This document shows, one piece after another, positions 10,218 through 19,846 of a stretch of DNA of 64,000 bases. The notes beneath the pieces are model-generated. The model ran no database searches. It was not told where the DNA came from and worked only from the letters and a program-made list of their open reading frames with translations. The translations under genes were made by a program, and so were the position numbers. The stretch's first letter is position 1, and the number at the start of each line of letters is the position of its first letter. The DNA is from Spirochaetia bacterium (GTDB lineage Bacteria > Spirochaetota > Spirochaetia > DSM-27196 > Salinispiraceae): the NCBI GenBank assembly GCA_038204425.1, contig JBBRCZ010000003.1, forward strand, positions 32,001 through 96,000, in the 5' to 3' direction.

Positions 10218-11255
10218 ATGTATAAGCGCTACTTGGTTTTTGGTTCATTCTTGCTCTTGTTTACGGTCTTTGCGTGCCAGACAGTGAGCCCTCAGACCGA
10301 AGCTGCTCGTACCACTACTTCCCACAAGGTCGATCAAGATCGCCTGCGCGATTTGCTCAAAAATCTGGATCAGGTCATCATGTCATCCACTACTGATGAC
10401 CTAGTTAGGCAGACCTATATGGCCGTCAGAAAGCGCATGGAATCTGGTCACCTGTACTTTTTGGTAGACAAAGACTCGACCTCAAAAGATATCTTGCAAG
10501 GCGTCTATTATTCCCCAAATGCCAAAGGCTCTTCGTGGATAATTTGTACACCTTATATCATTAAACTGAGTCAGACACGTCCTGAGCTTGTGCTTTCGTT
10601 ACTCATCAACGCAATGGTATTTGCAGAATCGCATGCAGAAAAAGGCGAATCCTTTATTCTCGACTACAAAAATCCGCTCAACGCTTTTTTATATTCTATG
10701 GATGCGCTCTACGTGCAATCACTTTTTATAGATCAATACTTGGCCAAAAAAGCTTCCAACCTAGGTGCCTACGAAAGGTATCTCGCCGATGGACTCGGTT
10801 TTGACGGCTTGTCGAGCGTAGCAATGTATGTGGTTGGCGTAGATCAAATGATAGTTTACGGAGTCATGGAGCTTGGAAAGAACTTGGGTGACGGCAGTCT
10901 AGAAGCTAAGTCCTATTTTGACCAACTAGATACTTTGTTTGACACCGTGATTGCAAGAATGCTGGAAGTAGTAGCTGTTAGAAACTCGGTTAATCAAAGT
11001 CCAAGTCTAGAAGACGGTGAGAACCAAAAGCGCTCATCCTACATTGCTGGAGTAAGTGCCTTAAGTGTTTTGCACTATGGATTGGCAATAATTGATGGGC
11101 ATTTAACCGCCTATCCAGCATTGCGAAACAAGGTTTGGGAACCACGTCGGCTTGCAGTCAATGGAAGAGCACAGCGCATAAAAGACAACCTTGTATATTT
11201 TTCTGAAAAAATCGCTAGCTACCGAGCAGAGTATTTAAGAAGCTTGGGTCTGTAA
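10218..11255 (+). CDS. Hypothetical lipoprotein
   Basis: Signal peptide ending VFA-C; long ORF co-oriented with the def-fmt-PASTA genes. Confidence 0.75.
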   Translation: MYKRYLVFGSFLLLFTVFACQTVSPQTEAARTTTSHKVDQDRLRDLLKNLDQVIMSSTTDDLVRQTYMAVRKRMESGHLYFLVDKDSTSKDILQGVYYSPNAKGSSWIICTPYIIKLSQTRPELVLSLLINAMVFAESHAEKGESFILDYKNPLNAFLYSMDALYVQSLFIDQYLAKKASNLGAYERYLADGLGFDGLSSVAMYVVGVDQMIVYGVMELGKNLGDGSLEAKSYFDQLDTLFDTVIARMLEVVAVRNSVNQSPSLEDGENQKRSSYIAGVSALSVLHYGLAIIDGHLTAYPALRNKVWEPRRLAVNGRAQRIKDNLVYFSEKIASYRAEYLRSLGL

Positions 11256-11310
11256 CCTGCAACTGGCAGTCGCGGTTTTATCTATAGACCGGTTGGAGTA
11301 CGCGATAAGT

Positions 11311-13989
11311 TTACTCTTCTGCTTGGGCTTCCCGAGGTTTTCCTCCTTTCCTCGGGGAGTCGCTTTTTTTGGCTGTCGTTTTAACTGTACTTTTTGCTGT
11401 ATTCTTTGCTGAACTTTTGATAGTGCTCTTGGCACCTTTCTTATTACTTTCTTGGTATAGCCGCAGCGCAGTTGCGAGGTCAAAGGCCTCTATGCCCTCA
11501 GGGCTCTTAAATTCTTCGCTTAATGATACGTTGTCAGCACCTGCCTTAAGGTAGGGGCCATAGCGACCTTCAATTAGCTTAAAAGCCGTGCCTTCTTGGC
11601 TGCCAAGGTCTTTAATTACCTGTGATCCGGCTCTGCCTTTTTTTTCTTCTGCCATGATCTCTAGGACACGAGACAAGGTGACGGTAAAGACATCGTCTTC
11701 TTTCTTTAGGCTCCTGAACTCGCCGTCACAAGCCACATAAGGTCCAAAGCGCCCAATATTAACGGTTATTTCTTTGTCGCTTACTGGATGCCGGCCAAGA
11801 CTGCGAGGTAGGCTTAGCGCTTTAAGTGCTTCTTCTATAGTTATTGTATCTTTGGTTTTGTCTTTTGGTAGTGGTGCTCGGCGTGGTTTTTTGTCGTCTT
11901 CACTTGCCTCGCCTAACTGCAGATAAGCTCCATAGCGTCCAATCATAAAGTGGACTTTGAGGCCAGTTTCTGGATCTTCACCAATAGCAGAGCCACCTTC
12001 TTTTTGCAGCGCTATGAGTTTCATGAGTTGATCCATAGTGAGTTCTGCAGGCGCTAAATCCTCCGGTATAGAGGCATGAATTTCTTGATTGCTCTCAGGA
12101 TCCTTAAAAATAACATAAGGGCCAAAACGGCCAATCTTGATGTCACTAAAGCCTTGTAGCTGTGGTAGATGCACGGTTCGTGATTCTTCAGGTTTAATCG
12201 ATTTTTCTCGTTGGTCAACTTGTGTTTTTAGCCCTTGTTCTCCTAAATAGAACTTCTTTAAGTAACTTGATCTGTCACCTTGGCCAAGAGCAATTGCGTC
12301 AAGGCTAGACTCCATTGATGAGGTAAATTGATATTCAACAAGTTCGCTAAAATTGGTTTCCAAAAACTGAGCCACGCTTATGCCAGTAAAGCTTGGTACC
12401 AAAGCAGTACCCTGTTTGCGAACATAGTTTCTCTCGTACAGTACGCTTATTATACTCGCATAGGTGGAGGGCCTTCCGATTCCTTCTTTTTCTAGGCGTT
12501 GGATCAAACTAGCCTCTGTGTACCGTGCAGGAGGCTTGGTTTCGTGGCCTTGATTAGCTAGTGAATTGAGTTTTAGTTCTTCTCCGATGCTCAGCGCGGG
12601 CAAAGGGCTGTCTTTGTCTTCTAGGGCTTGATCCGGGTCATCACTTCCTTCGACATAGGCTCTCAAAAAGCCAGGAAAGACTATGCGAGTTCCATTTGCC
12701 TGAAACACGGTGTCGGCAGCTTGTATTTTTACACTTACGCCGGCCTTTTTTGCATCCGCCATTTGGGTAGCAATGGTTCGTTTCCAAATAAGCTCATAGA
12801 GCGCTTTTTCTTTGCCCAACAGTTCAATCTTATCTGGGTGCACAAATGTTTTTCCGGCCGGGCGGATGGCCTCGTGAGCTTCTTGTGCGCTGGCGCTCTT
12901 GCTCGAATACTGACGGATTTCGGGACTTAGGTAGTCTTTGCCGTAGAGCTGCACAATCGTTTCGCGCGCGCCTTCTATAGCTTGGCTCGAAAGATTGGGG
13001 CTATCGGTACGCATGTAGGTGATCAGGCCTTCTTCATAGAGTTTCTGCGCCATGCGCATGGTCTCTCTGCTCGACAGCCCAAGTTTTCGGTTGCCTTCTT
13101 GTTGTAAGGTTGAGGTTATAAAAGGCGCAGCTGGTTTACTGGTCGTTTCTTTCTCTTGAACGTCGATGACTTTCCAATTTGCTTTTTCCAGGCGAATCAG
13201 TAAGTCTTTGCTGTTGTCTTCATTCAGAATCCAAAGATCCTTGTTTGTCTTAATCAGACCGGTATCGGGATCAAAATCTTTTCCAGTGGCTATTCTTCTG
13301 CCAGCTACTTCTAAGAGACGTGCTTCAAAACTCGTAGATTGGTTTGCTTGACTTAGCTTTGCCAGTAAGTCCCAAAAGTATGACTTCTTAAACACAGCTC
13401 TCTCAAACTCGCGTTGAACTATCAATCGCAGTCCCGGTGACTGAACTCGCCCTGCAGATAGGCCATAAGATATCTTTTTCCACAGCAATGGTGAAAGAGT
13501 AAAACCGTACAAACGGTCAATCACTCGCCGTGTTTCTTGTGCTTTTACTAAGTTCTGATCTATGTCTCGGGTATGTTCTAATGCTTGCTTAATAGCGGTA
13601 TCAGTAATCTCATGAAAGACCATGCGCCGGACAGGCTTTTTTCCTGGTTTGAGTAGCTCAACCAAATGCCAGCTGATGCTTTCCCCTTCGCGGTCTTCGT
13701 CCGTTGCGAGGTAGAGTTCATCCACTTCTTTCAATAACTTTTTTAGTTGACTAACAACCTTGGTCTTGTCCTTTGGTACGACATAGAGAGGAGCAAAATC
13801 CTCTTCAACATTGACGCCCAATCGTGCCCAGGCTTGCTCTTTATAAGACTTTGGAATGTCAGCGGCGGTTTGGGGCAGGTCTCGGACATGACCTATACTT
13901 GCTTCTACAATGTAGTTTGAAGGCAGTATGCGCTTAATGGTACGTGCTTTTGTGGGCGACTCAACGATGACCAGTACCTTTTTTTCCAT
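11311..13989 (-). CDS. topA: DNA topoisomerase I
   Basis: IVESPTKA, ATDEDREGE, SAGRVQS, catalytic ITYMRTD, GIGRPSTY; C-terminal GRFGPY repeats and Lys-rich tail. Confidence 0.97.
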   Translation of the reverse strand: MEKKVLVIVESPTKARTIKRILPSNYIVEASIGHVRDLPQTAADIPKSYKEQAWARLGVNVEEDFAPLYVVPKDKTKVVSQLKKLLKEVDELYLATDEDREGESISWHLVELLKPGKKPVRRMVFHEITDTAIKQALEHTRDIDQNLVKAQETRRVIDRLYGFTLSPLLWKKISYGLSAGRVQSPGLRLIVQREFERAVFKKSYFWDLLAKLSQANQSTSFEARLLEVAGRRIATGKDFDPDTGLIKTNKDLWILNEDNSKDLLIRLEKANWKVIDVQEKETTSKPAAPFITSTLQQEGNRKLGLSSRETMRMAQKLYEEGLITYMRTDSPNLSSQAIEGARETIVQLYGKDYLSPEIRQYSSKSASAQEAHEAIRPAGKTFVHPDKIELLGKEKALYELIWKRTIATQMADAKKAGVSVKIQAADTVFQANGTRIVFPGFLRAYVEGSDDPDQALEDKDSPLPALSIGEELKLNSLANQGHETKPPARYTEASLIQRLEKEGIGRPSTYASIISVLYERNYVRKQGTALVPSFTGISVAQFLETNFSELVEYQFTSSMESSLDAIALGQGDRSSYLKKFYLGEQGLKTQVDQREKSIKPEESRTVHLPQLQGFSDIKIGRFGPYVIFKDPESNQEIHASIPEDLAPAELTMDQLMKLIALQKEGGSAIGEDPETGLKVHFMIGRYGAYLQLGEASEDDKKPRRAPLPKDKTKDTITIEEALKALSLPRSLGRHPVSDKEITVNIGRFGPYVACDGEFRSLKKEDDVFTVTLSRVLEIMAEEKKGRAGSQVIKDLGSQEGTAFKLIEGRYGPYLKAGADNVSLSEEFKSPEGIEAFDLATALRLYQESNKKGAKSTIKSSAKNTAKSTVKTTAKKSDSPRKGGKPREAQAEE

Positions 13990-14184
13990 AGCTTCCTCTG
14001 TTTCTTCCTTAGACTAAAACGCTTTATACCAGCTCGCACTATATTATGTCTATCCACAACTGACCCAATAAATATGCAGATAAGACAGTCGGACTTGCAT
14101 TTGAGTTTCAAACCTTTGTCTTTTGCTGTCAATATCAATTGGTTTTTTCACAAGATTTAGTGTCGTTGGCGTTATAATAACAGC

Positions 14185-14601
14185 ATGAAAGATAGCGAGC
14201 AAGATTTGGAACAGCAAATAGGTCAGGCAGCATGGCAGGTTAGACAGAAGGCCTACGCGCCTTATTCCGGATTTAAAGTGGGTGCTGCACTTCTGGCCGA
14301 CCGCAATAATGAAGTGATATGTGGCACCAATGTCGAAAACGCAAGTTACGGTGCAACAATATGCGCCGAACGAAGTGCCCTAGTAAATCTGGTCACAAAA
14401 CACGGCATGCAACGCGTAAGAATCTTGGCTGTGGCGACTGATGCAGACGATCCAGCAGTGCCTTGTGCCATGTGTCTTCAGGTTATGGCTGAGTTTTGCC
14501 TACCTAGTACGCAAATTCTCTTGGTCAACTCAACGGGTATTGTCAAACGCTTTTCGTTTGAACAGGTTCTGCCTTACCCATTTACTAGTTTTAAGGCCTA
14601 G
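14185..14601 (+). CDS. cdd: Cytidine deaminase
   Basis: AYAPYSGFKVGAA, NVENASYG, CAERSA, PCAMC. Confidence 0.95.
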   Translation: MKDSEQDLEQQIGQAAWQVRQKAYAPYSGFKVGAALLADRNNEVICGTNVENASYGATICAERSALVNLVTKHGMQRVRILAVATDADDPAVPCAMCLQVMAEFCLPSTQILLVNSTGIVKRFSFEQVLPYPFTSFKA

Positions 14602-16598
14602 CTCATATTTTGTAGCAAATACAGAATGTAAAGTTCTAAATAACGTAAGAGATCCTTGCGGTTTCTAATCTGGAGCAGAGTTTCCGTTTCCCAGACCTTA
14701 AGCGCGTATGCCCTCACATCACCGGCAGTAGGCAGTTTTGAACGAGAGCTGATCTTCATTTTGCGCAAGTAGTCGCGGCAGAGTGCATTGACGTCCTCAG
14801 TAAGATTCTTCTTAGTTTGGGCGTCTATGATGGTGTTCCAACGTTCTTCCATGTTGGCCATGGTTGTCGTCATGGAACTACCACTTAGCAAAAACTCAGC
14901 TTCAATTGTCTTGGCAGCGTTTTTAAACTCAAGTGCCTTCTTTTTTGCATTTTGAAGCTTGATCTTTGATTCGTCTTGATCGTCCGTTTCGGATTGGCCA
15001 GGTGCCTGTTGCGGTGGGCCCTTTTTGCTCTTTTTGGCTATCTGAATCCTGGTCTGGCCTTCGTGATCAAAAATAGCGGCATAAGGTTCGTTGGCAAGTT
15101 CTGGGCCCAAGAAGAGCAGACGCATAAATCGAACTACACTTCTGATCACGGGTAGCACCATCCAAGCTGGCAGAAGAATTTTTGCATCTTCCAGCATCTT
15201 TTTCCGGTTGACTCTAAAGATTTGTTCATAGGGCTTTAGTTTTTGAGTAGTTGGGTTGAGCATCTCGTTGAGTTCATGGCGGTAGTTTTCGGGTACACTA
15301 TCTAGTCTAGAACTGAGGTAGATAGTTTCGTAGCTCAGCAAAGAAAAGAACAAGGGGTAATGATTGCGCAGTCGTTGCTCAATGTGTTTTCTAAACTCTT
15401 CGTCATCATGCATAGTGGTGTATTCAATATCTTGTCTGAGAGACAGGTTCCAAGAACGTTTGTAAAACTCCCTAACTTCCTTTTGGATCCTTATAAGTTG
15501 CTCGTTTGCTAGAGCCGGAATAGAAGCATAGAGAACAAAAAATTCTTCCTCTTCAGGCGTTTTGACGCGCAGCATTTCAGGAAGGTCTTTGTTGGGTGCT
15601 GGTTTTAGCTTATCTCGCAGATGATTGTTGATCTTGTCTCGGTCTAGACGTTTAGTCAGTAAAATGCCTTTGTCGTCCTTAAACTCGTGTATTTCGGTAA
15701 TTCTAAAAGCGTAAGGAGGCCTCTTCATGGTCTGACTAATGACGTTAACCGCCAGTTCTTCTTCTTTTCTTTTCTGGAGAACCCCACGGTGAAAAACGTT
15801 GTAATAGCCGATCAAATATGCGGCTTGGCAAAAACCGTGTTCCTCGGTCATTTTGTCGGCTTTTTGACCATACTCTTTGATTATGTTGGTTGATAACTGT
15901 GTCCACATATGAAAGGTAAAGTCAGTTGGCTCGGCTATACTCTGACTCGCCGATTCAGGCGTGGTCACAATGCTGTGTAGCATGTCCTTAACTGCCAACT
16001 CCCTGCTGCGAAGTAACGGGGTTAGTTTTTGTCTAGTGTAGGACATGTTCTTGGTGTCACGAAGATAGTGTCTAATTTTATGTACTGATGTTGCCAAGAC
16101 CTTGGTTTTCAAGAGTTCTGAAGTACAAATCATGCTGGCAATGCCATCAGGAAAGTTAATACGAAGTAGTTTTTCATCACCGCTTGGGCGATTGAGCCAA
16201 GCCATAAAGTCGCCCTTAATGTCTACTGCAGTAATTAGGTCAATCGGAATACTTAAACCAAGAGTGTCTTCATTGGGAAAAGGAAGTTCGGGATGCTCAT
16301 CGTTGCGATGATAATAGGCGTTGAGGCGACTAATAAAAAAGGCCGGATATACAACAGAAAGCGGCGTACCATCCCTGCGAACTATTACGATAGTGTTATC
16401 TTTTTCGAGGGCTTCAAGATAGGCTATTAAGTGTCTGTGTGTGTTGTGCAGCAAGTCTGACATTTCTGCTTCACGTTCTGGATGCTCCATAATGTAGCGT
16501 TCAGTATAGGCCAAGAGTTGGCTATAACTGGCCTGACTTTGCTTGTAGCGTTCCAGATAATGCTGGATGATGTCCAGGACATCTTGTGAAGTCGACAT
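14598..16598 (-). CDS. Large hypothetical protein (666 aa)
   Basis: Long uninterrupted ORF with its own TTGCTC-17-TAGTAT promoter; no motif recognised. Confidence 0.8.
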   Translation of the reverse strand: MSTSQDVLDIIQHYLERYKQSQASYSQLLAYTERYIMEHPEREAEMSDLLHNTHRHLIAYLEALEKDNTIVIVRRDGTPLSVVYPAFFISRLNAYYHRNDEHPELPFPNEDTLGLSIPIDLITAVDIKGDFMAWLNRPSGDEKLLRINFPDGIASMICTSELLKTKVLATSVHKIRHYLRDTKNMSYTRQKLTPLLRSRELAVKDMLHSIVTTPESASQSIAEPTDFTFHMWTQLSTNIIKEYGQKADKMTEEHGFCQAAYLIGYYNVFHRGVLQKRKEEELAVNVISQTMKRPPYAFRITEIHEFKDDKGILLTKRLDRDKINNHLRDKLKPAPNKDLPEMLRVKTPEEEEFFVLYASIPALANEQLIRIQKEVREFYKRSWNLSLRQDIEYTTMHDDEEFRKHIEQRLRNHYPLFFSLLSYETIYLSSRLDSVPENYRHELNEMLNPTTQKLKPYEQIFRVNRKKMLEDAKILLPAWMVLPVIRSVVRFMRLLFLGPELANEPYAAIFDHEGQTRIQIAKKSKKGPPQQAPGQSETDDQDESKIKLQNAKKKALEFKNAAKTIEAEFLLSGSSMTTTMANMEERWNTIIDAQTKKNLTEDVNALCRDYLRKMKISSRSKLPTAGDVRAYALKVWETETLLQIRNRKDLLRYLELYILYLLQNMS

Positions 16599-16662
16599 TT
16601 GCCCATACTAACCGAGCTTAGGCTTCTGAGCAACCGGTAGAAAGGTGGCTTTTGTCGCAGGT

Positions 16663-16691
16663 TTGACAGTCTCGGGTGCAGGTACTACAAT
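16663..16691 (+). promoter_or_regulatory. sigma70-type promoter
   Basis: TTGACA-17 nt-TACAAT, 8 nt before ATG 16700. Confidence 0.75.
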
Positions 16692-16699
16692 GAATCATC

Positions 16700-17284
16700 A
16701 TGCAGCGTAGTCGATTTTTTTTTAGTGCCACAAGCATAGCAATCGTCGTGTTGACCTTACAGATTGTACTCGCCTGCGTCAGTGCTGAGCACTTGCCGAA
16801 TCAAGGCACGAGCAGTACCAATCAGGGAACGACAACAATAGAGCAAACTAAAATAAGTACCAGCACTCTCCAACAAATGGACGTGACCTTGCTAAAGGCT
16901 CCAATTCAAGTAAGTCAAGCTGTCTTTACCAAGACCTTTTCTGAGGTTGAAGCATTAATCGCAGAACTAAATACGCTCATTCGAGCGCGTGATTACACGC
17001 GTTGGACAAATTTCCTTAGTCCGGAATACACTGTTCGTATGTCCGATGCACAGGTACTAAGCGATTTAAGTGCTTCGCCGATACTAAAACGCAATGAAAG
17101 AGTGTTGCATTCTTTGGCTGATTATTTTAATTATGTTGTGGTGCCCAGTCGGAACAATATTAAGCTGAATGACTTAGTTTTCTTGAGTGAAAATGAAGTT
17201 GAAGCTATAATGATCAGAGACACCAAAAGGGTGACGGTATATCGTTTGATAAATATAAATGGCCAGTGGAAAATCGGCCTTTAG
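16700..17284 (+). CDS. Hypothetical lipoprotein
   Basis: Hydrophobic N-terminus ending VLA-C, Thr/Ser-rich tether, C-terminal ..NGQWKI. Confidence 0.75.
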   Translation: MQRSRFFFSATSIAIVVLTLQIVLACVSAEHLPNQGTSSTNQGTTTIEQTKISTSTLQQMDVTLLKAPIQVSQAVFTKTFSEVEALIAELNTLIRARDYTRWTNFLSPEYTVRMSDAQVLSDLSASPILKRNERVLHSLADYFNYVVVPSRNNIKLNDLVFLSENEVEAIMIRDTKRVTVYRLININGQWKIGL

Positions 17285-17304
17285 AATTCAGTAAGGAGTC
17301 AAGC

Positions 17305-18036
17305 ATGCACAAGTTTCTTGGTTTTTTCGTCTTGGTTGGTTCTGTCGTTCTGACAGGGCTAGGTGCCCAGACTCAACCTGCAAATTCGACCGATACTCGC
17401 GGTGGCAGCCTGAGCATTGAAGAGCTCTACCTCAGCCAAGATGTTGAAATTCAACTGCTTAGAGCGCAAGCGCTGTCAAGCACCCGAGAATCTAAGTTCT
17501 TGGCATTGCAGAATATCCAGTTTATGGTTGAAGACAAGAGGGTAGGCCCTGACAGCCGCGACGTTTTGCTATTGCTGGATTCGTTGGCTGGTGAAGGTGT
17601 ATATCGGGTAGTCCGCAACAGTGGTGAAGTAAACAACTATTTTCCCGATGTGCGCAGAGAAGCTGTTTCTCTTCTTGGAAAGATTGGCGGCAAAGAAGCT
17701 CTAGAAATCTTAACCAAAGTCGCAAAAGAGGACAAAGAGACCATGGTGCTTTCCGAAGCAGTCTACGCTCTCGCTTTGATTGCCAGTGACAAAGACAAAC
17801 ATGTTCTTCCGTATATTACCTACGTTATAGTGAGGAATAATGCGCGTCAAAAACCAGATGACAACTTAGCATTCGCTTGTCTGCTAGCTATCGAAAAACT
17901 GGGCAAGACCTTTAACGGGCTCAATGACCCTGATATTTTGGGTGCCTTACTTGACATAACGTCGGGTGTCTACATCCGTGACGTTCGGCTCAAGGCTATT
18001 GATGTCATTTCCAAACTACGTGGGTATCGAAGATAG
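17305..18036 (+). CDS. Secreted HEAT-repeat protein
   Basis: Signal peptide; HEAT-like DVRREAVSLLGKIG, VLSEAVYALA, DVRLKAIDVI; RBS AAGGAG before ATG 17305. Confidence 0.8.
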   Translation: MHKFLGFFVLVGSVVLTGLGAQTQPANSTDTRGGSLSIEELYLSQDVEIQLLRAQALSSTRESKFLALQNIQFMVEDKRVGPDSRDVLLLLDSLAGEGVYRVVRNSGEVNNYFPDVRREAVSLLGKIGGKEALEILTKVAKEDKETMVLSEAVYALALIASDKDKHVLPYITYVIVRNNARQKPDDNLAFACLLAIEKLGKTFNGLNDPDILGALLDITSGVYIRDVRLKAIDVISKLRGYRR

Positions 18037-18083
18037 AATAGGATCACAGAGCATCTAGATATGCACATTCAAACTGGCCGTAA

Positions 18084-18124
18084 AGGCAGCCTCAGACTTA
18101 ACTGAGGCTGCCTACTTTTATTTT
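18084..18124 (+). terminator. Rho-independent terminator
   Basis: 12-bp stem AGGCAGCCTCAG-acttaa-CTGAGGCTGCCT followed by actttta tttt. Confidence 0.8.
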
Positions 18125-18143
18125 AAACAGGCGATTCATTACT

Positions 18144-18800
18144 ATGAGCAAATTCCGACTAATGCTTCTTGTGTTTGGGATCTTTCTAGCAAACTTTGCC
18201 AATGTCTTTGGACTTGGTCCACAAGAGCTCTCGCGTGTTACCTTTGTCAATGAGACGGGCAACACCATAAAGTATTTGTTTGCGTCGGCAAGCGAGGCCC
18301 AGGAATGGGGCCCCGATCTATTGGGTGACAAAGAATTTATTTACGGTGACAACTTGACCTACTTTGTACATCATGAAGACGATTGTGCTCTTTTTGATTT
18401 TTACGCAATTGATTCACTAGATAACGCCTACATTATTCAGTCAGTAAAACTGTGCCAAAAGGGTGATGCGGTTATGGTAGTCACCGTCTCTGATTTTGTC
18501 GCCAGAAAAAGACATGTGCAAATTAGTCGCGTTTTTCTTACCAACGCAACAAATAGTTCACTGCAGTATGTTTTTTTTGCACCATCAAAAACGCGGCACT
18601 GGGGTTTTGACATCTTGCGTTCTGACATGAGCCTAGAACCTGGTGCAACGATTGAGTATGCAGTACCGGTTGGCACTAAGAACAGCCAATTTGACATTCT
18701 CGCTATCGCCAAAGATCGAACGCTCATTCAGCATAATCTGGAGCTTTCAGCATCCAAGCCAGCGGTTTACATTGACTTTACGGTAGAAGATCTGCACTAA
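18144..18800 (+). CDS. Secreted protein with two tandem small beta-sandwich domains
   Basis: Signal peptide; internal repeat SRVTFVNETGNTIKYLF..WGPDLL / SRVFLTNATNSSLQYVF..WGFDIL. Confidence 0.75.
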   Translation: MSKFRLMLLVFGIFLANFANVFGLGPQELSRVTFVNETGNTIKYLFASASEAQEWGPDLLGDKEFIYGDNLTYFVHHEDDCALFDFYAIDSLDNAYIIQSVKLCQKGDAVMVVTVSDFVARKRHVQISRVFLTNATNSSLQYVFFAPSKTRHWGFDILRSDMSLEPGATIEYAVPVGTKNSQFDILAIAKDRTLIQHNLELSASKPAVYIDFTVEDLH

Positions 18801-19455
18801 GCTTAGCAAGTATCTGCTTTGCTAAAGACAGCGCGCCACTATCAATTTCGTGTCCGCCATTGAAGCTGTACCAGGTCACCTGATGTCCAGACTCGGTTAA
18901 AAAATTCTTTAACCGCAACGCAGAATCAATAGTAAGAACCTGATCATACGTTCCATGACTTTGAAGTATTGGAAATCGGTCTTCTTTGTTTTTCAATAGT
19001 TCTTGTAATATTGGTCTGCCAAAAAGTGCACAGGAGAATAGGATTAAGGCTTTGGCTTGGATCTCTGGTTCGAGCGCAAGTCTTAGGGCCATCATTGAGC
19101 CTTGGCTAAAGCCCGCAAAAACCCAGTTTTGATGGTGGAAATCGCTGATTATTTTTTTTAACAAGAGCAAAGACTGTTCGATGCCTGGGTCATAGAGTTC
19201 ATCTAACTTGTCAAAATAGTCGCCGTTAATTGCTTGTTCTTGTTTGGCTGTATCTGACGGAAACCAAGCGAATGAGCCCGACCACATTAATGGAAAGGGA
19301 GCGTTAGGAAAGTACCAAGCAAATTGCTTGTTTGGATCGATCTCATGGGCCAATCCGATCAGATCAGCACTATTGGCACCAAAACCGTGCATCATAATAA
19401 TAGCGGTTTTGGCGGACGCATCGCCATAACTGTGACCATCAAACGGCTTTTTCAT
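18778..19455 (-). CDS. Phospholipase/carboxylesterase (alpha/beta hydrolase)
   Basis: MHGFGA, GFSQG nucleophile, HGTYDQV, GGHEI. Confidence 0.9.
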   Translation of the reverse strand: MKKPFDGHSYGDASAKTAIIMMHGFGANSADLIGLAHEIDPNKQFAWYFPNAPFPLMWSGSFAWFPSDTAKQEQAINGDYFDKLDELYDPGIEQSLLLLKKIISDFHHQNWVFAGFSQGSMMALRLALEPEIQAKALILFSCALFGRPILQELLKNKEDRFPILQSHGTYDQVLTIDSALRLKNFLTESGHQVTWYSFNGGHEIDSGALSLAKQILAKLSADLLP

Positions 19456-19512
19456 TGATCTTTTTTCCTTATCTTCTTGACCCAAGTAGGCACTAGGTTT
19501 AGTTTGGTTACC

Positions 19513-19791
19513 ATGGAAGTTTTACGCCGACTAGCCATTGCGCCCATACGGTTGTACCAAAGGATCTCTTCCCATACAAGTCCGGGGCACTGTCGATACT
19601 ATCCGACTTGCTCAGAATATACCTGCCAATCTGTGCTAAAACTTGGCTTATTCAAAGGAACTCTTTTGTCCTTGGTTCGCATACTGCGATGTTCACCTTT
19701 GTTTTCTGGTGGCTACGATCCCGTTCTAGCTCGCATGAGGTGGCAATGGTTGGGAAAAAAGGTGTTGCGCGACTTCCGTCGTTATAGATGA
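19513..19791 (+). CDS. yidD: Membrane protein insertion efficiency factor YidD
   Basis: IRLYQRISS, CRYYPTCSEY, RILRCSPLFSGGYDP; ATG 19513. Confidence 0.88.
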   Translation: MEVLRRLAIAPIRLYQRISSHTSPGHCRYYPTCSEYTCQSVLKLGLFKGTLLSLVRILRCSPLFSGGYDPVLARMRWQWLGKKVLRDFRRYR

Positions 19792-19846
19792 GACAGATAA
19801 ACTCAACGCTATTCCTAAAAATCATAGATTGGGCTATATTAGCTGT

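Noticed and set aside
16715..16723. T9 tracts in lipoprotein signal sequences (also 63525-63533) as phase-variation sites
   Set aside because: Both frames are intact, and A/T runs of 8-9 are common in the window, explained by Phe and Lys codons
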